Source: Capsulimonadaceae bacterium (GTDB taxonomy: Bacteria > Armatimonadota > Armatimonadia > Armatimonadales > Capsulimonadaceae). From it: a stretch of 64,000 nucleotides of DNA. Both the position numbers and the translations under genes were made by a program. Of this stretch, positions 38,633 through 48,808 are shown in pieces; the stretch's first letter is position 1, and each line of letters opens with the position of its first letter. The DNA is taken from NCBI GenBank assembly GCA_965215505.1, contig OZ244065.1, positions 416,001-480,000 of the forward strand, read 5' to 3'. The notes under the pieces were generated by a model that made no database searches, was not told where the DNA came from, and worked only from the letters and a program-made list of their open reading frames with translations.

Positions 38633-40039
38633 ATGCACACCTTGCGACCCACCACTCTCACGCACTCATCTCTGAAAGCCGCCCTCGCGCTCGGCGTCGG
38701 GCTGGCCGCCCTCGGCGGCTGGTCCGCCGCGTCCGCCCAGGATGCCCCGGCCCCGCCCGCTGCGCCGCCCGGACCGGCCACCCAGCCGCCCCCGCCGCCC
38801 GGCACCACCCAGCCCGGCCCGACCCAGCCCCAGGCCGCGCCCGCCCCACCCGGAAGCACCGCCGCCCCCGGAGCGCCCGCCCCGGCCGCAACCCCCGCGC
38901 CCGCGCCGCCGAACTACAAGCTCCAGTACAACGGGCTGGTGGACGGCTACTACCTGTTCAACCTGCGGAATCCCAAGAACGTCTCCTACGGAGCGGGTGA
39001 GCCGTACTACGACACGCGCCACAACTCGCCCGCGCTGTCTCTGGCCGAACTGAACGTCTTCGCGAACGCCGCGCCCGGCAAGTTCGGCTATAAGGCGACC
39101 TTCATGACCGGCGACACCGCCGACATCAACCACTTCAACGCCTATGGCAGCAGTCTCGCTGAAGGCCGCTACAAGAACGTCCAGCAGCTCTACGGCACCT
39201 ACGCCTTCGGCGCGGACGGCAGCGGCATAGATTTCGGCAAGTTCTACACGCCCTTCGGCTATGAGGTGACCGAGTCCAACGGCAACTACAACTACTCGCG
39301 CTCCACGGCCTACAATTATGTGCCGTTCTACCACGCCGGCGCGCGCATCTACACGCCGGTTCCGGGACTGGCGGCCCTGACGGCGACGTTCTACCTGGTC
39401 AACGGGGTCTACAACACGCCCACCATGGGCGTCCAGAACGACAGCAAGCGGCCCGGCTACATCGGCCAGCTCAACTACACCGCACCCAGCGGCAAGTTCA
39501 CCCTGATCTCCGAGCTTGGCCTGGACAAGCAGAAAGACCCGCTCGGCCTGGGTACGGGGACAGACACGAAGGTCCTCGTTAATGACAACAACTTCACCTA
39601 CAACTTCAACGCCAACCAGCTCGCGGGCCTTGACTACGTCTACCGCAGGCTGAACCCGAGCGGCGGCCCGAAAGATACGGTCAACGCCTACGCCGTGTAC
39701 TTCCGGCAGGCGCTGACCGCGAAAACTGCCGTGGCGCTGCGCTTCTCCTCGGGGGACGAAAAGACCGACGGCTTCACGACCACCAGCGTGACCGGAACCG
39801 GGGAAGGGACGACCACCACCACCTCGTTCGTGGACGCGACCCATTCCCGCCCCTATGACATCACCGCCACCTACGAGATCAAGCCGGTCGCGAACTTCCT
39901 GACCCGGATCGAGTATCGGCACGATCACAACAACAGCCCTCTCTTCTACGGCGCGAGCTACAATGGGACCAGCAACCTGGACCTGAAGAAAGACCAGGAC
40001 ACGATCAGCCTGTCGGGCGTGTTCACGTTCCAGCAGTAA
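38633..40039 (+). CDS. Outer-membrane beta-barrel porin (BBP2/DUF1597-like)
   Basis: Signal peptide, Pro-rich linker, VDGYY, GKFYTPFGYEV.ES..NYNYSRS, PFYHAG, RIEYRHD, C-terminal VFTF. Confidence 0.82.
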   Translation: MHTLRPTTLTHSSLKAALALGVGLAALGGWSAASAQDAPAPPAAPPGPATQPPPPPGTTQPGPTQPQAAPAPPGSTAAPGAPAPAATPAPAPPNYKLQYNGLVDGYYLFNLRNPKNVSYGAGEPYYDTRHNSPALSLAELNVFANAAPGKFGYKATFMTGDTADINHFNAYGSSLAEGRYKNVQQLYGTYAFGADGSGIDFGKFYTPFGYEVTESNGNYNYSRSTAYNYVPFYHAGARIYTPVPGLAALTATFYLVNGVYNTPTMGVQNDSKRPGYIGQLNYTAPSGKFTLISELGLDKQKDPLGLGTGTDTKVLVNDNNFTYNFNANQLAGLDYVYRRLNPSGGPKDTVNAYAVYFRQALTAKTAVALRFSSGDEKTDGFTTTSVTGTGEGTTTTTSFVDATHSRPYDITATYEIKPVANFLTRIEYRHDHNNSPLFYGASYNGTSNLDLKKDQDTISLSGVFTFQQ

Positions 40040-40107
40040 ACCCCGTCCGGCACCCGCAGACCCTCACTCTGCCGGTGCCGGACTGCCTCTCACCAAGGAT
40101 GACATCC

Positions 40108-40974
40108 ATGCCCGCCGTCAGTGACGATGGCCCCGTCGTCACCGAAGACGCTCTCTCCGCCTACCGCGCCGCCCCACGCCTCTGGTCGCCCGCCGACACC
40201 GCCGCTCCCACGGAGGAGGCACCCGCCGCCCTCCCGAAGAAATCCAGGCGCAAGGTCGCCGACACCGCTGCCCAGCCCGAGGCCCGCGAGCGTTACAGCC
40301 CCACCATCAAGGAGACGCCCGCCGAGGAGCGCCCCCGCGAACGCCTCCGCGCCTACGGCGTGCATGCGCTGACAACGGCCGAACTGCTCGCCCTCCTCAT
40401 CCGCACCGGCAGCGGGGAGCGCAGCGCCGTCTCCCTCGGCGAGTACCTGCTGGCCGAGTTCGGCAGCATCAAGGGCGTCGCCACCGCGTCTGCGGAACAG
40501 CTCGCCCGCGTCAAAGGTCTGGGCGAAGTCAAGGCCGGCCAGATCAAGGCCGCCATCGAGTTCGGCAACCGTCTCTCGCTGTTCACCGAGGACGCCAAGC
40601 CCAGCATCGGCGGCCCGCGCGATGTCGCCAACCTGCTCATGCCCGACCTGCGCTATCAGAAGAAGGAGATTCTGAAGTCACTCCTCCTGGACACGAAGAA
40701 CCGCGTACTCGCCATCCGCACCGTCTCCATCGGCGACCTGTCTTCCTCCATCGTCCACCCCCGTGAGGTCTTCAAGGACGCCGTCGTCATCTCCGCCGCC
40801 GCCCTCATCGTCGCCCACAACCACCCCTCCGGCGACCCCACACCTTCGGGCGAGGACGTGGCCGTCACCAAGCGGCTGATCGGCGCGGGCGAGATCATGG
40901 GCATCGACCTTTTGGACCACATCGTCATCGGCGACGGCGTCTTCGTCAGCCTCAAAGAGCGCGGGCTGATTTAA
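40108..40974 (+). CDS. radC: RadC family JAB-domain protein
   Basis: ERPRERL, ELLALLIRTG, VHPREVF, AHNHPSGDPTPS.ED, LLDHIVIG. Confidence 0.95.
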   Translation: MPAVSDDGPVVTEDALSAYRAAPRLWSPADTAAPTEEAPAALPKKSRRKVADTAAQPEARERYSPTIKETPAEERPRERLRAYGVHALTTAELLALLIRTGSGERSAVSLGEYLLAEFGSIKGVATASAEQLARVKGLGEVKAGQIKAAIEFGNRLSLFTEDAKPSIGGPRDVANLLMPDLRYQKKEILKSLLLDTKNRVLAIRTVSIGDLSSSIVHPREVFKDAVVISAAALIVAHNHPSGDPTPSGEDVAVTKRLIGAGEIMGIDLLDHIVIGDGVFVSLKERGLI

Positions 40975-40987
40975 ACCACCCCTGCCG

Positions 40988-41006
40988 GTACATAATTTGT
41001 ATGTAC
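40988..41006. promoter_or_regulatory. Probable TA operator palindrome
   Basis: GTACATA-N5-TATGTAC perfect IR upstream of a TATACT -10 element. Confidence 0.65.
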
Positions 41007-41050
41007 AAGTAATAAGATTTCTGGTATACTTGTCCTAGGAGGGAACACCC

Positions 41051-41362
41051 ATGTCTGTCACACTGGAACAGGACCACGACCTGGAAACCCGGCGTGATGC
41101 CCGGTTCAACTGCCGCACAACCCCCACCAACTTGCTGGTACTGAAGAAAGCGGCTTCCCTGGCGGGTCTATCGGTTTCGCAGTTCGTAATGAATGCTTCT
41201 CTGGACGCCGCTTACGACTTGATCCAAAACCGGCATCACACCCTACTGAGCCAGCAGGATTGGGCGGTCTTGACCGGGATTGGGGAAAACCCGTCTGCAC
41301 CGACTGAGGCCATGCAGGAACTCGCCGCCCAGCATCGCGCCCGGATGGGAAAGACTCGTTGA
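41051..41362 (+). CDS. DUF1778 (TacA/AtaR-like) RHH antitoxin
   Basis: RDARFNCR...LKKAASLAGLSVSQFV...LSQQDW...NPSAPTEAM. Confidence 0.88.
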   Translation: MSVTLEQDHDLETRRDARFNCRTTPTNLLVLKKAASLAGLSVSQFVMNASLDAAYDLIQNRHHTLLSQQDWAVLTGIGENPSAPTEAMQELAAQHRARMGKTR

Positions 41363-41856
41363 TCCGCGAACTCCTGAGTGAGAAGCTCCAACGCCGCAAG
41401 TTCCGCTGTGAGAGCGATGCCTTGACCGTTTACCTGCGTGCCCATGCCCTCAAGAACGACCGGGAAAACCTGAGCCGGACGCATGTCGTGGTGGAAAGTC
41501 CGGGAGACACCCGCATCATGGGCTACATGACCCTGGCGAACGGAGCGGTGTCCCCGGAAATCATCCCCGCAAGCGGTCCGCCTTCCTACTCACGCGGCAC
41601 CCTGATTCTGGCGCGGCTGGCCCGCGACCTGGAGTTTCGCGCCGCTGGAGTGGGTCCGTTCCTGATGGCCAAGGCTTTGTCTGGTGCTCTGCGTCACGCC
41701 GCCGACTCCGGCATCTTTGCAGTGGAGGTGATCGCTAAAGACGAGAAGGCACGAGCCTTCTACCAACGCTATGGCTTCCGACCGCTCATTGATGACCAGT
41801 TGCACCTTTATTTACCCATCGCCGCGATCCCGGATGAGTTCCGACTCCAATCGTAG
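41359..41856 (+). CDS. GNAT acetyltransferase toxin (TacT/AtaT-like)
   Basis: FRCESDALTVYL, GYMTL, LARLARD..FRAAGVG, AKDEKARAFYQRYGF, LYLP. Confidence 0.88.
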   Translation: MIRELLSEKLQRRKFRCESDALTVYLRAHALKNDRENLSRTHVVVESPGDTRIMGYMTLANGAVSPEIIPASGPPSYSRGTLILARLARDLEFRAAGVGPFLMAKALSGALRHAADSGIFAVEVIAKDEKARAFYQRYGFRPLIDDQLHLYLPIAAIPDEFRLQS

Positions 41857-41867
41857 GAGATGGCATT

Positions 41868-42266
41868 TTGAAAGCAGACAAGGCACTGACGATCACACTG
41901 GCCCCACAAGTCGAAACGCGCCTGCGCCGGAAGGCGGCGCGGCCGGGACAGGAAGCGGTCGCACAGGCCGAGACGTTCCTCTGGGATGCCCTTGCGGACG
42001 AGATGCCCAAGGGGGAAACGGTTGAGGAGGCATCGGCGGGGGAACTACGCGCGGAATATCATCATCTTATCGGCCTGGAACTGTGGGAGACGCTCTCCGA
42101 CACACAGGCAGCCCGTCTGCGGCAGGTGACGCAACAGCTTGATGACCTGGACATGCACAGCCCGGCGGCACAAGCCATGTCTCTGAGAATGGATGAGACA
42201 GGCCGCAAACTCGACGAGATGCTGGCGATCCTCCGAGGCTTGCCTCTAGGCGAGCCGACGCCATGA
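41868..42266 (+). CDS. Hypothetical protein (antitoxin-like N-terminus, coiled C-terminus)
   Basis: LTITLAPQVETRLRRKAA; stop overlaps the HNH ATG. Confidence 0.55.
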   Translation: MKADKALTITLAPQVETRLRRKAARPGQEAVAQAETFLWDALADEMPKGETVEEASAGELRAEYHHLIGLELWETLSDTQAARLRQVTQQLDDLDMHSPAAQAMSLRMDETGRKLDEMLAILRGLPLGEPTP

Positions 42267-42841
42267 TCTTCCGCCGCTCCCCCGATGTACCACGGTTTAA
42301 CGACTACCGCGCCTACCGGGACACCTCCCTGCGCCCGGATTTTGAGTATCGTTGCGCCTACTGCCTGACGCACGAGTTCTATTTCCTTCAAGGCGACGGC
42401 GGCGAGATTGACCACTTCCGCCCGCTGAACGCCAGTGGACACGACTTCTCACACCTCAAGAACGTCTACAGCAACCTCTACTGGACCTGCGGCCCGTGCA
42501 ACTCCGAGAAAAGCAACCTCTGGCCCAGCGATGCCGAATACGCCGAAGGCTTCCGGTTCTTGGCCCCCTGCTCGGAGGACCACGGCGACCACGGGACCAC
42601 CAACGCTGACGGCACGGTAACGGCCAAAACCAACACGGGCCGCTTCACCATCGGTTTCATCCGGCTGGACCGTCAGCGGCTCAACAACCTGCGGCGTTTT
42701 CTCCACGAATATTAGGAAAAAGTCACCGCACTCGAAGCAGAGTTGGAGCGGCGGGACTTGACGCCCGAGCAACGCGCGGCGCTATCAGCGCACTTGGCGG
42801 ATGTCAAGCCTCTGGTCGCCCCACACGTCTTCCAGCGATGA
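42263..42841 (+). pseudogene. HNH endonuclease with an internal TAG at 42713-42715
   Basis: RCAYC, IDHFRP, YSNLYWTCGPCNSEKSN; the frame stays open for 41 codons after the TAG to TGA at 42839-42841. Confidence 0.7.
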
Positions 42842-42909
42842 ATCGAATCTGCTGGCCGCTAGCAGGGGCGAAGGCCAAGTCACCGCAAGTGGCCACGACC
42901 GGTTCCGCA

Positions 42910-43110
42910 ATGGCAACTGAAAGGAAGAAAGTGGAGCAGAAACCGTACAAGCCTGACATGGCCGGCGAGCGCATCTACAACTACATCTTCATCGGGCTGG
43001 CTGTCGTCGTACTCCTGTATGTGTATTCGCTCACGTCCGACGTGAACGCCATGCACAAGCGGACCTACGGCCAGCAGAGGATCGAAGCCTCGGAACTCCC
43101 GAAGAAGTGA
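42910..43110 (+). CDS. Small single-TM hypothetical protein
   Basis: IYNYIFIGLAVVVLLYVYSL TM segment, host-like codons. Confidence 0.55.
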   Translation: MATERKKVEQKPYKPDMAGERIYNYIFIGLAVVVLLYVYSLTSDVNAMHKRTYGQQRIEASELPKK

Positions 43111-43258
43111 GTCGTGGTAGATGGCCCTCGCAGGGTTTTTGCGGATGCGACTGCAAAAGACTGAAGCTCGTCCTCCTTGACTTCCCGCCGAAAGCATTGT
43201 AAAATGTTAGGCGGAAAACGCTTTTAGCTACGGCAATAAACCCACGGTAGTAAGTTTA

Positions 43259-46087
43259 ATGTGGCAGGTTCAGCTCCTCGGCGGTTTCCAGGTCCGATAC
43301 GGAGACCACGTCGTTTCGCGGTTCAAGACGTACAAGACGGCGGCCCTACTGGCGCGGCTGGCCCTGTATCCCGAGCGGGAACACTCACGCGAGGAACTCG
43401 TCGGCCTGCTCTGGCCGGACGCCGACCCGGAGGACGGCCGCGGCAGCCTGCGGACCGCCCTGGCCGCGCTGCGGCGGCTGCTGGCCGCCCCCGCCGCGGG
43501 TCCCCCGGCTGGGATGGCGACTCCCCTGCTGGCGGACAGGCTCCAGATTCGGCTCTGCCCCGGCAGCGCCAGCGTGGATGTGGCCGAGTTCGAGGCGGCT
43601 GTGCGGGCGTCGGAACAGGTCGCCGGGCCGGAGCGGGCTGCGCGGCTGGCCGGGGCGCTGGGCTTGTATGCGGGCGACCTGCTGCCCAGCTACCACGAGG
43701 AATGGATACAGAGCGAGCGCGAGCGGCTGTCCCTGCTGTACCGGGCGGCTCTGCACCGCCTAGTCACCACCTGCGAGGAAGGCGGCGATCGTCCCCAGGC
43801 GCTCGAAGCCGCCCGGCGTGCGGCATCTCTGTTCCCCGCCGAAGAGGAGATCCAGCGGGACCTCATCCGTCTCTACGCGATGACGGGCCGCCCGGAAGAC
43901 GCCCGCCGCCAGTACCAGACGCTGGAGAGGGCGCTCCGGGAGGAGGGAAGCGATCCCCCCTCCCAGGCCACGCGCGCTCTGACCGCCGCCCCGCCGCCGG
44001 GCGAGGACGACGGGCAGGATGCAGATCTTCCCACCGTTCCGGCCTCCTTCCGCTCCCCTGCCTTACCTACCCCGCTCACGCGCTTCTTCGGGCGAACGGA
44101 GGAGACGGGCCGGATCGGCGAGCTGCTGCGCCGCCCTGACGTGCGCCTTGTGACGCTCACCGGGCCGGGCGGGGTGGGCAAGACCCGCCTCGCACTGGAA
44201 ACGGCGCGGCGGCTCGCCGGCTACTTCTCTGGTACGGTCCTGTTCGTCCCTCTGGCAAGTCTGTCGGATGGGAGCGGCTTCCTGGGGGCGTTGGCCGACG
44301 CTCTGCGCCTGCCGCTCAGGGCCGACCCGTCCCCGGCGGAGCAGATCGTGGCGGCGCTGGGCGAACGGTCGGCGCTGCTGGTCCTGGACAACATGGAGCA
44401 GATCGCCGAGAGCGCCGGGCCTTCGGTCGAAGGCCTGCTGACGCGCGCCCCCGGCCTGACCTGCCTGGTCACCTCGCGCCAGCGCCTCGACGTCCCCGGC
44501 GAGCGTGAGTTCCCCGTCCCCCCCCTGCCGACGCCGACCGACCCGGCGGAGGGCGATTCGCTCTCCGACCTCCCCAGCGTCCAGCTCTTCGTGGACCGGG
44601 CGCAGGCCGGCCTGCCCGACTTCCAGATCACGCCGCGCAACGCCCCCGCCGTCGCCGCCCTCTGCGAGCGCCTGGAGGGCCTCCCCCTCGCCCTGGAGCT
44701 TGCCGCCGGGTGGGCACAGACGCTCACGCCGGGCCAGATGCTGGAACGCCTGGAAGACCGATTCTCCCTGCTGGTCAGCCGCCGCAAAGGGGCGGTCCCC
44801 CGGCACCGGACTCTACGCGACGCCATCGAGTGGAGCCACCGCCTGCTGTCCCCCGAACTACAGCGTTTTTTCCTCCACCTCTCGGTGTTCCGTGGCGGCT
44901 GGAGCCTGGAGGCGGCGGAGGCGGTGTGCGAGGAGCCGGAGGCACTGGAAATGCTCTCGCGACTGCGGGCGCGCTCGCTGCTGGTGACGGACGAGGAAGG
45001 CGACGTCATGCGCTTCCGGATGCTGGAGAGCCTGCGCGAGTTCGCCGAGGACCGACTGGCGGAGGACCCGGACACCCGCGCCCACCTCCTGCGCCGTCAC
45101 AGCCACTACTTCTTGCAGCTCGCCGGCCAGGCCCAGGGGAGGCTCGCCGGGCCGGATCAGGCCAGGTGGCTCGACCTCCTGGAAGCGGAACACGCGAACG
45201 TGCGGGCCGCCCTGGACTGGTGCCTGGCGGAGCCGGCGAACACCGACGACGGCATCCGCCTTGTTTCCCTCTTGGGGCGCTACTGGTACATGCGGGGGCA
45301 CTGGCGCGAGCAGCGGCAGGTGCTGGAGGCGCTGCTTGCCCGCCCCGGCGCGGGCGCGGAATCGCGGGCGATGGCCCTCTACCAGCTCGGCGACGCCTGT
45401 CGCTACCTCGGCGATATGCCGGCATCCCGAGACGCTTTTGGCGAGAGTCTGGCTTGGTGCGAGCGTTCAGGCGACGTGGCGGGCGCGGCGCAATGTCTTC
45501 GGTCGCTCGGCCAGCTCGCCCAGGAGCGGGGCGACCGTGGGGGCGCGCGCTCCTACTTCGAGCGGGTGCTGTCCCTCAGCCGAATCGTCGGCGAACTCCC
45601 CGGCATCGCCGACGCGCTCCACAACCTGGGCCGACTGGTTCAGGATCAGGGCGACACCGAGGCCGCCGCTGCCCTCTATCTGGAAAGTCTCGCGCTCGCG
45701 CGGCAGGCGGGCGACGAGGCCGGCGCGGCCTCCGTACTCACCGAGTTGGCGATGGCTGCGGCCCAGGCGGGGAACCACGACGAGGCGCGGGCGCTGCTGG
45801 AAGAGCGGCTCGTCACGCTGAGACGCATGGAGGACCGGAGCGGGGTCGCCAACACCCTGCTCAACCTCAGCCGCCTCGAACAGACGCGGGGCGAGACGGC
45901 CCAGGCGTTGTCACTGGCGGAGGAGGGCCTGTCGGTCTACCGCGCCCTGGGCTATCAGGAAGCGCTGGCCGACGCGCTGGAACATCTGAGTGAGGTCGCC
46001 CGTTCGCGCGGGGATGGTCCGCGCGCCGAGGCCGCCTTTCAGGAAAGCCAGGAAATCAAGCGGCGGCTGGCGGGTGGTGGTGCCTGA
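43259..46087 (+). CDS. SARP/BTAD + STAND ATPase + TPR transcriptional regulator
   Basis: [56 protein letters not shown] repeats; TTGACT-N17-TAAAAT promoter at 43177-43205. Confidence 0.9.
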   Translation: MWQVQLLGGFQVRYGDHVVSRFKTYKTAALLARLALYPEREHSREELVGLLWPDADPEDGRGSLRTALAALRRLLAAPAAGPPAGMATPLLADRLQIRLCPGSASVDVAEFEAAVRASEQVAGPERAARLAGALGLYAGDLLPSYHEEWIQSERERLSLLYRAALHRLVTTCEEGGDRPQALEAARRAASLFPAEEEIQRDLIRLYAMTGRPEDARRQYQTLERALREEGSDPPSQATRALTAAPPPGEDDGQDADLPTVPASFRSPALPTPLTRFFGRTEETGRIGELLRRPDVRLVTLTGPGGVGKTRLALETARRLAGYFSGTVLFVPLASLSDGSGFLGALADALRLPLRADPSPAEQIVAALGERSALLVLDNMEQIAESAGPSVEGLLTRAPGLTCLVTSRQRLDVPGEREFPVPPLPTPTDPAEGDSLSDLPSVQLFVDRAQAGLPDFQITPRNAPAVAALCERLEGLPLALELAAGWAQTLTPGQMLERLEDRFSLLVSRRKGAVPRHRTLRDAIEWSHRLLSPELQRFFLHLSVFRGGWSLEAAEAVCEEPEALEMLSRLRARSLLVTDEEGDVMRFRMLESLREFAEDRLAEDPDTRAHLLRRHSHYFLQLAGQAQGRLAGPDQARWLDLLEAEHANVRAALDWCLAEPANTDDGIRLVSLLGRYWYMRGHWREQRQVLEALLARPGAGAESRAMALYQLGDACRYLGDMPASRDAFGESLAWCERSGDVAGAAQCLRSLGQLAQERGDRGGARSYFERVLSLSRIVGELPGIADALHNLGRLVQDQGDTEAAAALYLESLALARQAGDEAGAASVLTELAMAAAQAGNHDEARALLEERLVTLRRMEDRSGVANTLLNLSRLEQTRGETAQALSLAEEGLSVYRALGYQEALADALEHLSEVARSRGDGPRAEAAFQESQEIKRRLAGGGA

Positions 46088-46170
46088 CAGGGCGGACAAA
46101 ACGCCGGCCCCCTCCCATTCGCGAATGCGCCCGGAATTGGTATAATGATTCCTAGGATGCCACGCACGTC

Positions 46171-47352
46171 ATGAGTTCCGACCGCTTTCAATTCCTGGAG
46201 TTCGGCGAAGACGAAGACCCGGCCCCCGGCCGGCCCGTGTGGGAGGACGCCCCCGCCCCGATCCAGCGCGAACTCACGGGGGAGCGGTTGGCGGACGGGA
46301 CTCGGCTGGCCGAGGTGCGCCTGACGGACCCGCGCGGCTACCGACTCTCCGAACACGCGGAGGAGGACGAGGAGGAGGGCTTCGCCACCCTGAGTTCTCG
46401 GGCCGCCCCGCCGCCGGTCAAGCCGCCCCGCCTGCGCGTCGCCGAAGTGCTGGGCGCGCGCGGGGGCGGGGCGGGGGAGTTCGGGTATCCCGCCGGTATG
46501 GCCGTGGACGGCGGCGGCGTGCTGTTCATCGCCGACTCCTCCCACCACCGCTTGCAGCGCATCACCCCCGACGGCGATGTCGCCGTGATTGGCGGCAAGG
46601 GGACGGGGCGGGGGCAGTTCACATCCCCGCAGGGTGTCGCCACCGACGAGCAGGACTCGTTCTACGTCGTCGAGCAGGGGAATTGCCGGGTGCAAAAGTT
46701 CACGCGCGAGGGCGTCATCGCCCTGGTCTTCGGCCGCCCTGGCAAGGGCGAGGGCGAGATGAACGGCCCGACGGCCATCGCCGTCTCGCCGGGCACCGGC
46801 GACATCTTCGTCTCGGACACCGGTAACAGCCGCATCCAGCGTTTCAGCTACGAGGGCCGTTTCCTGGGCCTCCTCGGCGCGTCCGGCCTGTACGGGCCGG
46901 GCCTGAACAGCCCGCAGGCCCTGGCCGCCGCGCCGGGCGGCGGCCTGTACGCGGCGGAGACGTTCGCGGGGCGGCTGGTCGGCTTCGACCCGATGGGCCG
47001 GCCCGCCCGCCAGATCGGCGGGACGCGGACGCGCGCCTCCGGCAATGAGCTGATCCCCCTGTCGCTGCACCAGCCCCGCGCGCTGGCCCTGGACAAGACC
47101 GGCCTGCTGTATGTCGCCGACGCGGGCGAGCCGGACTCCATCACGGGCGAGACGCGCGGGCGAGTCCGGTGCCTGTCGCTTGCCGACGGCAGCGTCCTCG
47201 CCACCGTGGAGAAGCTGGGCCGCTCGCTCGGCGGCCTGCTGCGCCCCGGCGGCCTGGCCGTCAGCCCCGCCCCGTCCGGCAGCCCGGCGCGCGGGGACCT
47301 GTACGTCGCCGACACCATGAACCACCGCATCCTGCGCTTCGTCTGGAGCTGA
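46171..47352 (+). CDS. NHL-repeat beta-propeller protein
   Basis: Repeats P.G.AVD...IADS.HHRLQ, VSDTGNSRIQRF, YVADTMNHRI. Confidence 0.88.
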   Translation: MSSDRFQFLEFGEDEDPAPGRPVWEDAPAPIQRELTGERLADGTRLAEVRLTDPRGYRLSEHAEEDEEEGFATLSSRAAPPPVKPPRLRVAEVLGARGGGAGEFGYPAGMAVDGGGVLFIADSSHHRLQRITPDGDVAVIGGKGTGRGQFTSPQGVATDEQDSFYVVEQGNCRVQKFTREGVIALVFGRPGKGEGEMNGPTAIAVSPGTGDIFVSDTGNSRIQRFSYEGRFLGLLGASGLYGPGLNSPQALAAAPGGGLYAAETFAGRLVGFDPMGRPARQIGGTRTRASGNELIPLSLHQPRALALDKTGLLYVADAGEPDSITGETRGRVRCLSLADGSVLATVEKLGRSLGGLLRPGGLAVSPAPSGSPARGDLYVADTMNHRILRFVWS

Positions 47353-47355
47353 CCC

Positions 47356-47751
47356 GTGGCGATCTTCCTGAAACATTTTACGCTGGCCGAAGCCCGTGCG
47401 GCCCTGCCCGCCTTGCGCCGCCGCCTGCTCCGCATCGGCGAGGTGCTGGCCGAGGCCCGGCGTGCCACGGACGCGCCCGGCGCGGAGCAGGTCGTGATCC
47501 TGCGCGGCAACGGCAAGGGGCCGATCGTCTCCGGCGCGGGCCGCTGGAAGGGGGAGGCCCAGCGCCTGATCGAAGAGATCGCCGACGAGGGTATCCAGAT
47601 CAAAGACCTGGAACGTGGGCTGGTGGACTTCCCGCATTTTCTGGGCGGCGACCCCGCCCGCGAGGTCTTCCTCTGCTGGCACCTGGGGGAAGACACGATT
47701 GAGTACTGGCACGAGATTGACGCCGGCATCGCCGGGCGAAATCCTCTCTGA
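47356..47751 (+). CDS. DUF2203-family protein
   Basis: FTLAEARAALP, IKDLERGLVDFP, LCWHLGE..I.YWH...GIAGRNPL. Confidence 0.88.
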   Translation: MAIFLKHFTLAEARAALPALRRRLLRIGEVLAEARRATDAPGAEQVVILRGNGKGPIVSGAGRWKGEAQRLIEEIADEGIQIKDLERGLVDFPHFLGGDPAREVFLCWHLGEDTIEYWHEIDAGIAGRNPL

Positions 47752-48808
47752 CGTAACCCTCTCTGAGCAGATCAAGGCCGAAGCCGCCCGGCTCGGCTTC
47801 GCGCTGTGCGGCGTCACGACAGCCGACCCGCCGCCCCACCACCGCCACTACGCTCGCTGGCTCGCCGAGGGCAAGGCGGGCGAGATGCTGTACCTTCACC
47901 GCCAGGAGCCGAAGCGCGGCGACTTGTCCCTCGTCCTAACTGGCGTCCGTTCGGTCGTCTGCGTCGCCTTCAATTATTCGCCGGAGGATGGGATGGCCCC
48001 CGCCTCATCACGGACCGCTGGAACCGTCGCCCGGTACGCCCGCTTTGACGACTACCACGACCTGCTCTGGGAACGCCTCAGCGCCCTGCTCGCCTTCATT
48101 CAGGCGCAGGCCCCGGAAGCCGGCGGCAAGGTCTACTGCGACACCGGCCCCATCACCGAGCGCGACCTCGCCATGCGGGCGGGCCTGGGCTGGATCGGCA
48201 AGCACACCAACCTGCTCTCCCGGCATTTGGGGAACTGGTTCTTCCTGGGCGAAATCCTCCTGGACATCGCCCTGCCGCCCGACGTGCCCGAAACCACCCA
48301 CTGCGGCACCTGCACCCGCTGCCTCCCCGCCTGCCCGACGGGGGCGATCACCGCCCCCTACGAACTTGACGCCCGCCGCTGCATCTCCTACCTGACTATC
48401 GAGCTGAAGGGAAGTATCCCCGTCGAGCTGCGCCCGCTCATCGGGGCGCGCATCTACGGTTGTGACGACTGCCTCGCCGCCTGCCCCTGGAACAAGTTCG
48501 CCGTCCGCTCAGGCGACCCGGCCGTCGCCCCCCGCGCCGACCTGACGACGCCCGACCTCCTGACCCTGCTGGCCCTGGACGACGCGGGCTTCCGCGAGCA
48601 GTTCCGAAACAGCCCCATCAGGCGCACCAAGCGGCGCGGCCTGCTGCGGAACGTCTGCGTCGCCCTGGGCAACCTCGGCGACCCGCGCGCCCTGCCGGCG
48701 CTGAAGCGGGCCGTCGAACACGATCCGGAGCCGCTGGTGCGCGAACACGCGGCTTGGGCCGTCGAGACGATCCGGCAACTAGAGGGGAACGCGCATGGAG
48801 TTTCTTGA
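47717..48808 (+). CDS. queG: Epoxyqueuosine reductase (start codon uncertain)
   Basis: VARYA..DYH, DTGPITER, GWIGKHTNL, CGTCTRCLPACPT, CISYLTIE, GCDDCLAACPWN, VALGN. Confidence 0.93.
   Translation: MTPASPGEILSDVTLSEQIKAEAARLGFALCGVTTADPPPHHRHYARWLAEGKAGEMLYLHRQEPKRGDLSLVLTGVRSVVCVAFNYSPEDGMAPASSRTAGTVARYARFDDYHDLLWERLSALLAFIQAQAPEAGGKVYCDTGPITERDLAMRAGLGWIGKHTNLLSRHLGNWFFLGEILLDIALPPDVPETTHCGTCTRCLPACPTGAITAPYELDARRCISYLTIELKGSIPVELRPLIGARIYGCDDCLAACPWNKFAVRSGDPAVAPRADLTTPDLLTLLALDDAGFREQFRNSPIRRTKRRGLLRNVCVALGNLGDPRALPALKRAVEHDPEPLVREHAAWAVETIRQLEGNAHGVS

Noticed and set aside
43259..46087. STAND ATPase-TPR protein as an Avs anti-phage system
   Set aside because: The N-terminus is a SARP wHTH/BTAD regulator, not a nuclease or other effector
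47753..47755. GTA as a non-canonical queG start
   Set aside because: An in-frame TTG at 47717 can serve as the start, and a sequencing error cannot be excluded
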